Positions 14,888 to 27,830 of a stretch of DNA of 64,000 nt are shown here, one piece after another (the stretch's first letter is position 1; every line of letters starts with the position of its first letter). This stretch comes from Girardia tigrina (lineage: Eukaryota): the NCBI GenBank assembly GCA_001938485.1, contig MQRK01244224.1, forward strand, positions 21,310 to 85,309. Reading direction: 5' to 3'. The translations under genes were made by a program, and so were the position numbers. The notes under the pieces are model-generated. The model was not told the origin of the DNA. It saw only the letters and a program-made list of their open reading frames with translations, and did no database searches.

Positions 14888-15297
14888 TTCTCTCAAACAA
14901 ATCGAAAACAGTTTGTGATTTGCAAGCTAATCTGGTATATAAATTTAATTGTCACGGGTGTCAAAACTCGTACATCGGAGAGACAAATCGTCATCTCAAA
15001 ACCCNNNNNNNNNNNNNNNNNNNNNNNNNNNNNNNNNNNNNNNNNNNNNNNNNNTCAATACTTAAAATTTTTAATTAAAATATTTTTGCCATTATTACCC
15101 AATAATACTTTAATAAATAATAATATAAAATCCCTAATATACCTTTTAAATTAAATGTATATATTAAAATTGTATTATTCAAACAATTCAATATTCATAT
15201 ACTAAACATCCAAAAATTACTGATGATGATGTATATAAACATCGAAACATGTCCAATAATTATATAAAAAAAGCTTTAATCAAATTATATTTTCGAT
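14888..15297 (+). mobile_element. Penelope-like element 3' fragment (GIY-YIG end and 3' UTR)
   Basis: LQANLVYKFNCHGCQNSYIGETNRHLKT is a Penelope-type GIY-YIG motif. A hammerhead motif lies downstream, and both sides are flanked by (TA)n/(CA)n. Confidence 0.85.
15216..15257 (+). ncRNA. Minimal hammerhead ribozyme of a Penelope element
   Basis: CTGATGA-t-GATG(tatataaa)CATC-GAAA-CAT-GTC|caat: intact core, 4-bp stem II, palindromic ACATGT stem III; stem I has one mismatch. Confidence 0.75.
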
Positions 15298-17695
15298 GTA
15301 TATATATATATATATATATAGAAAGTAAGCTAATAAAAAGAATGGAAAAATAATCCCAAAAACAAGACAGCAATGGATTTTCTAAATCTAAAATATATTT
15401 TCTTTTAAAAGAGGTTTTATGAATAGTTTTAATTGTAAATTAAAAAAAATATTTGATTCACAAAATAATACGTAAATTCTCTGGATTTTCCAAATTAATT
15501 TATTAATCGTTTTCTCCAAAACTGAAATCTGTTAAAAAAATAATCGAAAATCTCAACCTGTCTCGTGTCTTTTATTTCTTGCAGTATCTTGTCTGAAAAT
15601 GAGCGATGTCTTTAAAATAAAATAAATAAATAATACAATTCTGTAGCAATAACATCGCACTGCAACAGACAAAATAAAGTTTTCCATGATTGAGTTTGAC
15701 TTCAATGAAACAAAAGACATTCATTCAATTGTACATTTGATAATTAAACAAGAAATAAATTAAAATAAATATTTAAATTAATTTTAAATAATAATTTATT
15801 AATTTGCATTTGTATCTTAAATACATATATGTTATTTTCTGTATTATCCCTTCCCAGTCGAAAATACCACCACATCCTCTCTCAGAATAATTTATAAATT
15901 GAGGAACTGTGAGGTATTTTTTTTCATCTCCAACTCCAAAGTTTTAAAGAATTCATACAATTAAATTTAATAATGACAAAAATATTAAACTCACCAATTA
16001 TATTTTCAAATATAGTTTTATACAGAGGTCTAAAAGTTAAATGACTAATAAGGCTGCATTGAGTAAGACTTTATATCTCAGTATAAATCTACTGTGTTTG
16101 AGTTCGTTCAGCTAACAAGTACTGAGATGAAAACTTCTCCCTCCAAAGATTCGCACTTGTGAACTTTAAACTAATTAGCGAGATTCGCCTTAATATACAA
16201 AACAATGTAAATTAATATAAAAATAGTTTCCGTGAGGATAATTAGATAATGAGAAAAGAATGTTTTCTACTTATCATTTCTTCACAGACTTGTTTGTCAT
16301 GTCGAAGTAAAGAAACCATACTCTTTTATGAGAGAGATGAATACGCTATGACCACTTTTACGAAGATGAAGGTGTAAGTATATCGCTTTTGTAGTTTGTG
16401 TCAGGTGCTAGTAAAGAAGAGGCAGATTTCTATATTATTTACTCGTCCATTTGATGATGTTTACATGGATTTTCTGCTCCTATGCACATAAAAATTACAA
16501 TTAATAATTGCTAAATTAAGTAGATATATAATTTTGACCGATGTGAACAATCAAGAAGAAATAAATATTGCCTCAGTTGAGTCAATTTGAAGAACGTTAA
16601 GTGTGATGAAAGTCAGTGGGCAGACTCAACGGCCAGAATCAGCTGAAGAAGATGCTATCGACATCTTCAAGAATTTTACAATTATATACAAATTTAGGTT
16701 GAAAAAAATACAAATTTCGAGCACTTCATTTATAAGATTTGTTGTTGGTCTTTCTTTATATTTGTAAGCGACTAAATAAATTAATAATTGAGATTCAAAA
16801 ATTAAAATTGAAGTTTATAAAAATGAAAAACCCGAGAATAGTTAATTATTTATAGTTTATAAAAATATATTAAATCGTTTGGAAATAAAATTTCCCTAGA
16901 AAAATTTATACAATTAATTTCTTTTACAGAAATTAAGTTGCTTCAAATATATTTTATGTTAATAACCTTACAGATCGCAAAGTCGACCACGCCCTTATGT
17001 AGACCGCGTTCTTGCAACTTTATCACTTCAGAAAAAACTTTATATGTCGCACCTGCAGATAATCATTGTCACACCAAGTTTTAAAAATATGTTCATGTGT
17101 TAAAAAATTTGATAATTATGATGAAAATTATATTTGAGATTATTATGTTATTATATTACTTTAAATAAAAGATTTTTACTTTTAATTAATTTAATGTTGA
17201 TTTTATATTTAATCGGGTGAAATAATGAGATAGGTTTCTGAGACATACCGGAAAGTGTTAGGATCTGTCAAATTTTGGTTTACTAATTCTATTCAAATAA
17301 TACAATATTGAAAGGTGAAAGTACTTTAGTTCAAAGACCATCTTACATCGACAGGAAAGTTCTTTAGGCACTCAAGTACTGGTGTCCAAGACATGACTAG
17401 TGGGTCACATTTTCTATTTTCAATATCAAATACTTTATGAAAAATAACTTAGAGTTATATTTTTTTCCAATTTTATAGGTAAAAATGCCAATGATAATTA
17501 CTATAAACGAGTGGCCTTATATTATCCAATAATAACGGGTGTAAAGGCAAAATCTGGATATTTTAAAATTGAATTAATAATATACTTAAAATAAGAATTG
17601 AATGAAAGGAAAAGAAATAAACAATTCTGATTGGTCCATGTGTTGATTACAAAACATTTCATCATCCTGCAGTTAGATATATTACTACCATTGTC

Positions 17696-18563
17696 ATGAA
17701 AGAGCAACAGCTCTGAGACATTGTTAGCACATTTTGGAGAATGGGTTACACGAAAGGAAAGTCCTTCAACGTGAAACACTTCTTACAAGAGGTATTTGCA
17801 CGCTCGACAATCTACTCCATCCTTACAAGACTACAAATGAATTTGGATGTGTCTCACAAACCAGGGAGGGGTGGATATAATAAGAAACCAACAAACGCCT
17901 AACGAGCCATCATCTGTCGATGGTCAGTAAACAAAAGGAGTGTGTCAATCCGACAAAAAGCCAAGAAACACAATGTGAGTCATCAAATATCAGAAATATT
18001 CTCAATGAATGGGGAGTTCGATTTTATACACCTGCGAACATCGTACAGGAAAATTAATTGAAGTTTTGAGAGGAAAAATGATTCTTATCAATGACGAGTG
18101 TTATTTCAAACTCAAATCTGTTCATCTACTCAGTAATGATCACTTTTGCACCTCGGACATCCAAGCCACTCCCCCTCTGGTAAAATATTGAGCTGAAAAG
18201 AAGTTGATGGTCTGGATCTATGTTTCAGACGATGGAAAGGTTTATGCACCCGTGTTTCTTGAACGACCCATTAGTATCAATGCCAAATTCTATCAGGACC
18301 ATTGCATTAACACTGCATTGGTTTGGTTTATTGAGAAGGAGCACCGAGAGAGCAATGTTATGTTCTGGCCAGACCTTGCGTCAGCACATTACGCAAATTC
18401 CACACCGCAACTGTTGGAATCACTTCATGTCTCATTTTTGCCCAAGACATCCAACCCTCCAAACATTCTCCAATGCCGTCCAGTGGAGAATTTTTTAGAA
18501 AATCTTAAATCCGAAGTTTATAAGGGAGGCTGGGAGACCACGAACATCATGCATAAAGCGTAA
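17696..18563 (+). mobile_element. Tc1-like DD37E transposase, decayed
   Basis: ILINDECYF...FWPDLASAHY...NPPNILQCRPVE, with 37 residues between the second D and the E; frameshifts and stops upstream. Confidence 0.8.
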
Positions 18564-18944
18564 GGTGAAGAAGTAAATAAATTAATTAAAATTAAATAAA
18601 TAACTTTGTTTCCTTCTTTTTAAACAAAATAGTTTAATAAAAAAAGTTATTATTGAAAAAATTCATTACAAAAAATGTTTAAATGAATTTATGGTTGCTT
18701 AAATAAATTAATGTAGTTGATATTGTCGTGACCTTTAAAACTTGTAAAATTTGTGTTTTGAATTGTGTGTTGATATTGTGCATGTTTTATGTTGATTCGG
18801 AATGTGCCTCACCTACACAGATGGATTATTGGTATTTTCTTTGATTCCTACTAATTAAAAATAATTTAATTTTAAAGTAAAAAGATTTAAAATAATTTTT
18901 GAATGTATTATTTATTTTTTAATGTAATTTAAAATTTTAATATG

Positions 18945-20320
18945 TTAACCCATTAACGCCGAACGAATTGAATGACTAATGCCTAACCCATCTGCAAGTT
19001 TTCTGATTGTTGTACGGGGATCTGTTTCCACCATTGTCCTCAAATTGTCGTTGTTCACAGCAACTAGACGACCACGACCTTCTTCATCTTCAAGGTTTTC
19101 ATCTCCATCAGAAAANNNNNNNNNNNNNNNNNNNNNNNNNNNNNNNNNNNNNNNNNNNNNNNNNNNNNNNNNNNNNNNNNNNNNNNNNNNNNNNNNNNNN
19201 NNNNNNNNNNNNNNNNNNNNNNNNNNNNNNNNNNNNNNNNNNNNNNNNNNNNNNNNNNNNNNNNNNNNNNNNNNNNNNNNNNNNNNNNNNNNNNNNNNNN
19301 NNNNNNNNNNNNNNNNNNNNNNNNNNNNNNNNNNNNNNNNNNNNNNNNNNNNNNNNNNNNNNNNNNNNNNNNNNNNNNNNNNNNNNNNNNNNNNNNNNNN
19401 NNNNNNNNNNNNNNNNNNNNNNNNNNNNNNNNNNNNNNNNNNNNNNNNNNNNNNNNNNNNNNNNNNNNNNNNNNNNNNNNNNNNNNNNNNNNNNNNNNNN
19501 NNNNNNNNNNNNNNNNNNNNNNNNNNNNNNNNNNNNNNNNNNNNNNNNNNNNNNNNNNNNNNNNNNNNNNNNNNNNNNNNNNNNNNNNNNNNNNNNNNNN
19601 NNNNNNNNNNNNNNNNNNNNNNNNNNNNNNNNNNNNNNNNNNNNNNNNNNNNNNNNNNNNNNNNNNNNNNNNNNNNNNNNNNNNNNNNNNNNNNNNNNNN
19701 NNNNNNNNNNNNNNNNNNNNNNNNNNNNNNNNNNNNNNNNNNNNNNNNNNNNNNNNNNNNNNNNNNNNNNNNNNNNNNNNNNNNNNNNNNNNNNNNNNNN
19801 NNNNNNNNNNNNNNNNNNNNNNNNNNNNNNNNNNNNNNNNNNNNNNNNNNNNNNNNNNNNNNNNNNNNNNNNNNNNNNNNNNNNNNNNNNNNNNNNNNNN
19901 NNNNNNNNNNNNNNNNNNNNNNNNNNNNNNNNNNNNNNNNNNNNNNNNNNNNNNNNNNNNNNNNNNNNNNNNNNNNNNNNNNNNNNNNNNNNNNATTTCT
20001 GGATCTAAATTTTTTAAACCAGTTTTGGCATTGGCGTTCTGTCAACACATCTTCTCCATACACTTCGCATAATTTTCTTCTTGCTTGTACAGCATTTTTA
20101 CCTTTTCGGAAGTTAAAAAGTAATACGTGCCGTAAATGCTGATTCTTGCTTTCCACCTTTGATATCAAATATAAATGCTTTTAATTATTCCAAAATTTTC
20201 CAAATCTAATCTTGATTACCAATAAATAATATAGTCAATGATAATTAATGATTATTAATATAAAAAAATGCATTTAAAACAAGTATAAAAAAACAAAATG
20301 ACTTTCCGCACAACCCAATA
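18945..20320 (-). mobile_element. Mariner element 5' part, spanning an assembly gap
   Basis: HLRHVLLFNFRKGKNAVQARRKLCEVYGEDVLTERQCQNWFKKFRS and GDENLEDEEGRGR; TIR ttgggttgtgcggaaagtcattttg with TA at 20319-20320. Confidence 0.85.
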
Positions 20321-20911
20321 TTATTGAATAATTCGTTTTTCAAATTGAATTTGTTAACTATCTTTTCAATTGATTTAATAATTTTATTCAATGTCGCAAC
20401 AAATTTTATTTTATCAACTAAATCAACTTAATTTTTTATGCAAAATTAATGTATTTTTTGTGATTTTATATTATTAATTGTTAATCTTTCAAAAATATAT
20501 TTATTTATAACAGAAAAATAATCTACAAGACAATTATCAAAAACCATCATATAATTTCTTTTTTTCTAAAGAATAAAAAATTACCAAATTATGTAATTAT
20601 GGGGCAAAAAAAGTCTCGCATATAATTATTTTTTTTAATTATTTCAAATTATGATAATTTATTCTACTAATTATTTTCTTTAATGAGAATATAATAATAA
20701 AATTTCTTTTAGTAAATACTTGTAGATATAAAAAAATATGTATATTTTTTTCAATACGGAAAAGCAATAATTTGATTCTTAGATTGATTGCTATAAAAAT
20801 ATAAAAATAACCAACTGAATTTTATTATTAATAAATAAAATTAAAGATATATAAAAGATTGAAAAATTAATCTATTATAATCAAGTTTTAATAAAATTTA
20901 ATTTTGATTTG

Positions 20912-21033
20912 TGTAGCACTAGAATAATTCAACCACGACACAACAGATATAAAATATATTAAAAAAACACGAGTTTCAATTTAACCCCACAAAATCAAGA
21001 ATATTAAAACAAAGTTTTAATCATCAATATACA
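20912..21033 (-). repeat. 3' LTR (122 bp)
   Basis: Direct repeat of 24410-24527 with TG..CA ends. Confidence 0.9.
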
Positions 21034-24000
21034 TCTCCCTAGATTCGGAAGAATCTAACTCATACAATGTGACATAATTACAGAATCTCCTTGGAGGTCA
21101 GCGCTCACGAACGATCGATTCCGTTTAATCTTGTTGTGAAGAATCGCTCAGATCCGAAACACTCAATTGAAATCGCGGTCTTAGATCTGCAATATGGCGC
21201 AACGAGTCAACATTCCTTATGGTTACTAAGAATTTGATTGGATTTATTATCACCTTGATAACTCCTTTACCAATTTTTTGTTGCATTGCTGGGCCTGATT
21301 TGGTTTCACCCATACTTTATCTCCCTCTTTGAACTTGGCTAAAAATTTATCTTCGCCAATATGATCTGTTGAGTTAACGACCAACTTCAACCGAGGTTTA
21401 TATCTGTAAAGAATTTCGGCTGCGGGCCTATCGCTTTTTCCTGGAGCATTATTCATCCAATACACAGTTTCTTGGATTCCATTCCCTGCTCTTGCGGCTA
21501 ACGCTTTGATGGTTCGATGACTCCTTTCGATTATTCCATTACCATTCGATCTACTTACAGCACGGCATATGACATTGATGCTCCACGCCTTCATCTCCGA
21601 TTTAAAGGCTTCAGGATGGAAAGACGAATAATTGTCCACCAACNACTCGTTAGGAGGTCCACGATCATAGAAAATATTTCTTAAGTTCTTAATGACTTCA
21701 GAAGCTCCCTCGTCCCTAATTTTTCTCCACATTGCAAACCTTGATGGTCAACAATAATAATCAATGATTGTAAGATATTTGGACTCTTCAAACTTCTACA
21801 CATCGATGGCAATTCTTCTTCAAATTTCATCGACTTCAAGATTCCTCTTTTCCATCAGACCGGTGCCGGATCAATGGATTGACAATGATTATACTGAAGG
21901 ATGTTTGCTGAATATCTTTTTCACTGACATTGATGTTGAACTCCTTCGCCTAATAAATCAATTGCTGTAGTTCCATATGCGTTCCGTCGTGAATTTCCTT
22001 AAATTTTTCGATGTCCGATTTTAGTAGAGCTGATACAACATTATCGATTTATCGGAAACCATTTTTGAGGAATTATCGTGAGAATATCTGCATTATTCAT
22101 CTCAGACCTGACGTAGACCACACAAAATTTTAAATTATATTCATTCACGAGATCTTTTAGCAGGTTAAATCTTCTACGGATTAATAACTCTGGATCAGCC
22201 TTAATCTTGTTTTTTTAAGTATTTTCAATTACATTCCATATCCAACCACATACTACTTGACTATCGAGTCTCAGCTCAATATCGGAAAAACCCCAAGCGA
22301 TTGCTAAATTTAACTCTTTTATGGCCGCTTCTAGCTCTACTAAATTAATATGCCTACAGTCATAAACTTTTCGGAGCCTTGAAACGTCCTTAATTCTTTA
22401 ACCATCAACATCTAAACGGACTCCTAGTGCCAATGAACTGGCATTACACCAGACGGTGGCTCTATTTTTATTCTTCACAGACCAAATTCCTTTCGCACAA
22501 TCATTTACCTTTATCCTTTCCACTATGTCCACGATCTCTTTCTTCAACTCGTCATGTATCTGACGGTCTCAGTTTCCGTTAGATTGCCGTTTAAGATACG
22601 AATTTGTAATTCTTAACCAACCACAGACGGGGTGGATACCAATGACTTGACCACAAAAGGAATACAGATCTCGTCTTGTTTTGACGTCTTCATGATTTAA
22701 ATTTAATCTATGTGCCTGCCTCCAATAAAACACACCGCGATCGTCTCCGTACACTTCTAGACCTAATACTCTGACTGATTTTTCTTGCTGAAATTTTTCA
22801 GGATCTTTCGAAACTAAGCCAAATTTCAGTAAATGCTCCCCATGCTCTCTACTGATACTTTACTTTCATCCACGAATATATCATCAATATAAACATCAGC
22901 GGCTTTATTAATATCAGGATCCATGGACAATACTTTCTCCACTATTTTCGTCAAAACCGTTGGTCCAACGTTTAAACCAAAATCCATTCTGTTGAACGCA
23001 TATCTCTTATGTTTATACAACACCGTTTGATACGGTAACATTTAGTCTTCTACGAACACTTGCATATATGCGTCCTTCAAATCCAACATTGGTCAATTGT
23101 CGGACTTTTTCTCCACTTTCGCAGCTTCTCATCATGGGCCGCACTATTTACACTATACACATCTACGTACTTATTGATATTTCTGAAATCGAAAACAGGT
23201 TGAACTTTATCTTTATTTGTTTGAACTTGGTCTGTATAAGAAAGTTTTATTGTTAATTTTTTAATTTTCGAAAATAAGAACTTCGTTTTCTTGGGAATAG
23301 TACACTTAGGGCGCCCAAATTTACATTTGTCATACGAAATTAAAAATCCCTTTCGATAAACTGTTTTATAACTTCTTCGAATTTGACCTTTGATGATGGA
23401 CTGACATTGTAGTAATCACAACGATAATCAAATTTGGGTTCTTCTATCGACCATTTCCATCTCAATATCCAACACTTGTCATATAACACCTCAAATTTCT
23501 TCTCTGTTATTTTCATACACTCGACTTGTTTTTCATCGACAACATCCGCTGCGGTTCAATTCACTTTCTCACAGCCGAAAACGGCCTCTTTATCAATTTT
23601 CACATCTCCAAACTTCTGAATCACATCTAGACGAATAAAAGCTTTATAACCCGACAACATTTTATTAACAATCAAACCTGTCGTAGAACATTTTTCATCA
23701 CCAATAATAACTTCCAAATCGGCTTCCAGAGTTCCAAATCTACTACCATCCATCATAGTTATCGTCCTATCAAATTTCGACGGCTTTCCGACGACAATAT
23801 TTCTGCATGCACCGGAATCGATTACAGCTTCAACTTTACGGCCATTAATGATAAGAGACCTAGTAATTAATTTTAATTCAGGAGTACATGCGGCTTCTAC
23901 TGCGAAGTACTCCCATCTTCGTTTTCCGAATGACAATTCTTAGCCGAATGACCATAACCCTTGCATGCTTTGCCTCTTAACCAGTTTCTACACTCGTTGA

Positions 24001-24409
24001 CAAAATGACCTTGCTGCAAACATCTAAAATACGTTACGTTAGACTTATGTGACGATCGTGGAGAATTTTTATGACGATTCTCTTCCACCGTTCTAAAATC
24101 ACCGTTGTTTGATTTAAAAGGGGTGACAATCAGATCGACGATAACGCCGAGCAAAAAGTTCTCAAAATTAACAGTGTTGAGTGGTTTGACGACCAGTTTA
24201 TTCGACAATGATAAACGTAAAATTTCAAATGTAATTCAAATAATATAATCAAATTGATAAAATTTCGTTTTGGGACGATCCTTACGCAATAATTGAGAAC
24301 CGGCTACAATCTCGAATTTTGTTTTCTATTCTTTGATCGAAAGCGACTTTCCGTCAAATTTTGGAATCACCACTAACAGCGTTTTAACGTACATTTAGTC
24401 CGGATAGCT

Positions 24410-24527
24410 TGTGGTCCTAGAATAATTCAACGACACAACAGGTATAAAATAAATTCAAAAAACACGCGTTTTAATTTAACCCCACAAATCAAGAATGTTA
24501 AAACAAAGTTTTAATCATCAATATACA
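24410..24527 (-). repeat. 5' LTR (118 bp)
   Basis: Direct repeat of 20912-21033 with TG..CA ends. Confidence 0.9.
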
Positions 24528-25103
24528 ATTTTAAAAAATTAATAAAATTAAAAACCTAATTAAATATTAATAGTAATTTCTATTTATACAAAATATAATT
24601 TGTTAATTAAACTATATAATCCGAATAAATGAAGGGGGAATAAAATTAATTTTATCAATATAAATAAATTGAAAAACGCGGTAAAAGTGAAAAAAATACA
24701 TTTTTTCGTTAATTGATAATTTAGATTTTTAGATTTTGTTTACTTTGCTTTATTTATTTTTCAACAGGAATCAAATTTAAATTTAGATTAATTAAAAATT
24801 ATTTTTAATGAATAAAATAAATAATTATAAAATATTGATAGTTTGAAAAAATTTAATTTGACTTTTCCTTTATAATAAAATTTTAAATATTTTTTGTTTT
24901 ATTTTTTAATTTTATGTANNNNNNNNNNNNNNNNNNNNNNNNNNNNNNNNNNNNNNNNNNNNNNNNNNNNNNNNNNNNNNNNNNNNNNNNNNNNNNNNNN
25001 NNNNNNNNNNNNNNNNNNNNNNNNNNNNNNNNNNNNNNNNNNNNNNNNNNNNNNNNNNNNNAAAAGATATATATACATATATGTGTGTGTGTGTGTTTGT
25101 CGA

Positions 25104-26023
25104 ATTTGTGTAATCGCCGAATTCACAAATCAGCCAAAATATTTTACCGAGTTCGTGAATTCGGCAACAGTTTGCTGAAATAGTGTAATTGCCGAATTTT
25201 TGAACTGGTCAACTTTTGTCAAATTCACTAACTATGTGAAAAATTTTCATTTTTAAAGGAAAACCTCTCAATTTAATATGAAAAATAGGTATTTAATATA
25301 AAAAAATTATCAATTTAATATAAAAAATAAGTTAAATATGAAAAAAATCTTAATTTATTATGCAAAATAGATTCCAATGTAAATTTTTATTCAGTTATTT
25401 AAAAATCTTTCTTGGTGCCAAGCTAAATTACAAACGTTTCTATTTTAAAAACATTTTTTCATATTAAATTGATATTTTTCATATTTAATTAATATTTTTC
25501 CATTCTCTTTATTAACTCACTTTCTATCCGTGGAATTTAGAAACCTATTTTTGAAGGCCTTATATTTAATCGATTTTCTTAAAACTTTGCACACTTATTC
25601 TCGATAACAATAAATGATTGTGTGATAATTTGATCGAAAAAAACTTTTTATGATCCCAAAATGGGAAAAGACGGAAAATTCGGAGTTCCCGAAAAATATT
25701 AATTGCAAGATATTTATTTATAAATTATAAGTAGCCTATATTGATTTTTATTGTTTTTTTAATAAAAATTTTTTCATTCTTAAATTTTTAAATTTTAAAA
25801 ACTTTTTTGGCAAAGTAGAGTTTTATCTGCATAAAGAATGGATTTAAAAAATTTAATTTTTTGATTCACTAGTTTCACATGAAATCGATACTTTTTAAAT
25901 CCAAAATTTTTCATATTAAATACTAATATCAATTTAATACTTGAATTAAAATTTTTTTTAAAAAAATTTCCAAGTTCCTGAATTTGGCAAGTCGGTTGCC
26001 TAATTCGTGAATTCGGCAATTAC

Positions 26024-26029
<6 letters not shown>
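25104..26029. mobile_element. MITE/foldback element with subterminal palindromic repeats
   Basis: Left end atttgtgtaatcgccgaattcac is the inverted match of right end gtgaattcggcaattacacaaat; repeated gccgaattc units; lies among TA/TG microsatellites. Confidence 0.7.
25531..25960 (+). repeat. Repeat family A copy nested in the MITE
   Basis: Starts tggaatttagaaacc; aligns with 53867-54200. Confidence 0.7.
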
Positions 26030-26070
<41 letters not shown>

Positions 26071-26139
26071 NNNNNNNNNNNNNNNNNNNNNNNNNNNNNN
26101 NNNNNNNNNNNNNNNNNNNNNNNNNNNNNNNNNNNNNNC

Positions 26140-26301
26140 ACCTTTTAAAGTAAATTATATTTATTAAAATTGTAAAAGTTGTATTATTCAAACAATTAAA
26201 TATTCATTTACTAAATATCCGAAAATTGCTGATGATGATGTATGTAAACATCGAAGCATGTTCAATAATTATATAAAAAAAGCTTTGATCAAATTATATT
26301 T

Positions 26302-26307
<6 letters not shown>
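26140..26307 (+). mobile_element. Penelope-like element 3' end with degenerate hammerhead (26225-26266)
   Basis: Matches 15141-15297; core is CTGATGA...GAAG (mutated from GAAA); followed by (TA)n. Confidence 0.75.
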
Positions 26308-26329
<22 letters not shown>

Positions 26330-26332
<3 letters not shown>

Positions 26333-26740
26333 GACGCACGACAATTCGACACAAATTTTTTAAATTCGACATATTTTTCATGCGACACATTTTTCATTCG
26401 AGACAGTAAAAGTTAATTTTTAACATTTTATTCATTGCAAATTAGCTAGCCAACCCCAAGTATTTAAGTTTCAAAAAAATATGCATTTAATATGATAAAT
26501 ATGTATTTAATATAAAAAATATTAATTTAATATGAACAAATGTTTTAACAATTCATTCGTTTACAATTCGGTTCTGCCATATTATTTTGAACAAAAGTAC
26601 CTTATGAACTTGTACAAAAGATGCTCGAAACAGAAAATCGATTGAGATTCAAAAATATGGGATATTTTGTCGAGAATGGTCATTATATATTTTTATATTT
26701 ATGAAATGGAATAATTGGAGATGGGACATTTACCGCTATG
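26330..26740 (+). mobile_element. Possible decayed MULE fragment
   Basis: IIGDGTF motif near 26710-26735 and TIR-like cgaca repeats at 26333-26400. Confidence 0.3.
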
Positions 26741-27575
26741 GTAAAAGATGTGATCTCATCTGAAAAAATGTTATACATAAAGCATTATGTACATTTTCTT
26801 TTTTGGAGAAGAGTTTTATTTTAGAGTTCATTTTCTATTTTTTTTATTTGCTTAATTAATATTTAATTACAATTTTTATGTCCTTATCACAAAACAATTT
26901 GAGAGTAATAAGTTAATTTAAATGTGAAAATTATATTTTTCTTTTTATTTTTAAATATTTTAAAATATTTTATTTTCCTAAAACAAAATGTGTCAACTTT
27001 AAAATTTGTGTTACAAATTAGAAAATTTTTTTCTTATTTATAATTATTTTACGAGTTTTACTATAATAAAAATTGAAACTAAAATTATATTTCAAAGAAA
27101 TTAATTTTAGTCTTAAAATATATTCATTTTGGAAAATTTTAATAGTAATAATTAAATCTACAATTAAACCCACGAAAATTATTTTGATAATTAATATAAA
27201 ATTGAACAAATCTATGAAAAATACGATTCAAAAAATGAAAATAAATTAAATTTAAAACCAATTAAAAATCTAGTTATTAATATTTTTATTACTATAATTA
27301 TTATTATCATTATTATTATTACTATTGGAGCGAAAAATTATTGGATTCACCAAACAGAAGAAAAAATAAATAGTAAATAAATAAATAATGAAGTAAAATA
27401 AATTAATAAATGATTTCAAATAATTAAATAAAATCAAAAATTAAATTAAAATCAATTAATTTGAAAGTTAAAAAAATCAATTGGAAGGAATCAATTGGAA
27501 TAGCTCCAATATATGAAATCGTATCTATTTATAGAAATAAAAATTCAAGTGTGAACTTTATCATATTTCATTAGT

Positions 27576-27830
27576 GGAAAACGACTATTTTATACGATTG
27601 AATACGCTAAAAGCAACAAATCCAGTTGCAAATTATGTAAAAATGATATTTCTTATGATATATTGAGAATGGCAATAATGATTCAGTGGTCCCATTTCGA
27701 TTGTAAGACACCGCGATGATATCGTTTCGATAGCATTTTTAGAAAAATTAATTAAAGAAATATTAACGAATTAATATTTGTGATTCAATTTGACGAGAAG
27801 ATCAATATCTAATTAAAAACAAAATCATAA
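27576..27830 (+). pseudogene. PARP1-type zinc finger I pseudogene fragment
   Basis: GKRLFYTIEYAKSNKSSCKLCKNDISYDILRMAIMIQWSHFDCKTPR*YRFDSIF...EDQYLIKNKI aligns by eye to PARP1 ZnF1 ([49 protein letters not shown]). Contains stops, a frameshift and lost His/Cys ligands. Confidence 0.85.

Larger units (their letters stand above)
20912..24527 (-). mobile_element. Ty3/Gypsy LTR retrotransposon with both LTRs, decayed
   Basis: TG..CA LTRs at 20912-21033 and 24410-24527 (about 9 substitutions and 2 indels). PPT agggaga abuts the 3' LTR; flanks atttg/atttt. Domain order: gag zinc knuckles, protease (IDSGA), RT (FGLNVGP, YIDDI), RNase H, integrase (GNGIIERSHRTIK). Confidence 0.93.

Noticed and set aside
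18945-20168. 300-400 aa ORFs in the track
   Set aside because: Mostly N-gap; only the flanks are real mariner sequence.
27717-27719. In-frame TGA at conserved positions (also 34799-34801) as recoding or an alternative genetic code
   Set aside because: Accompanied by frameshifts and other stops, while host exons use TGG for Trp; simple decay explains it.
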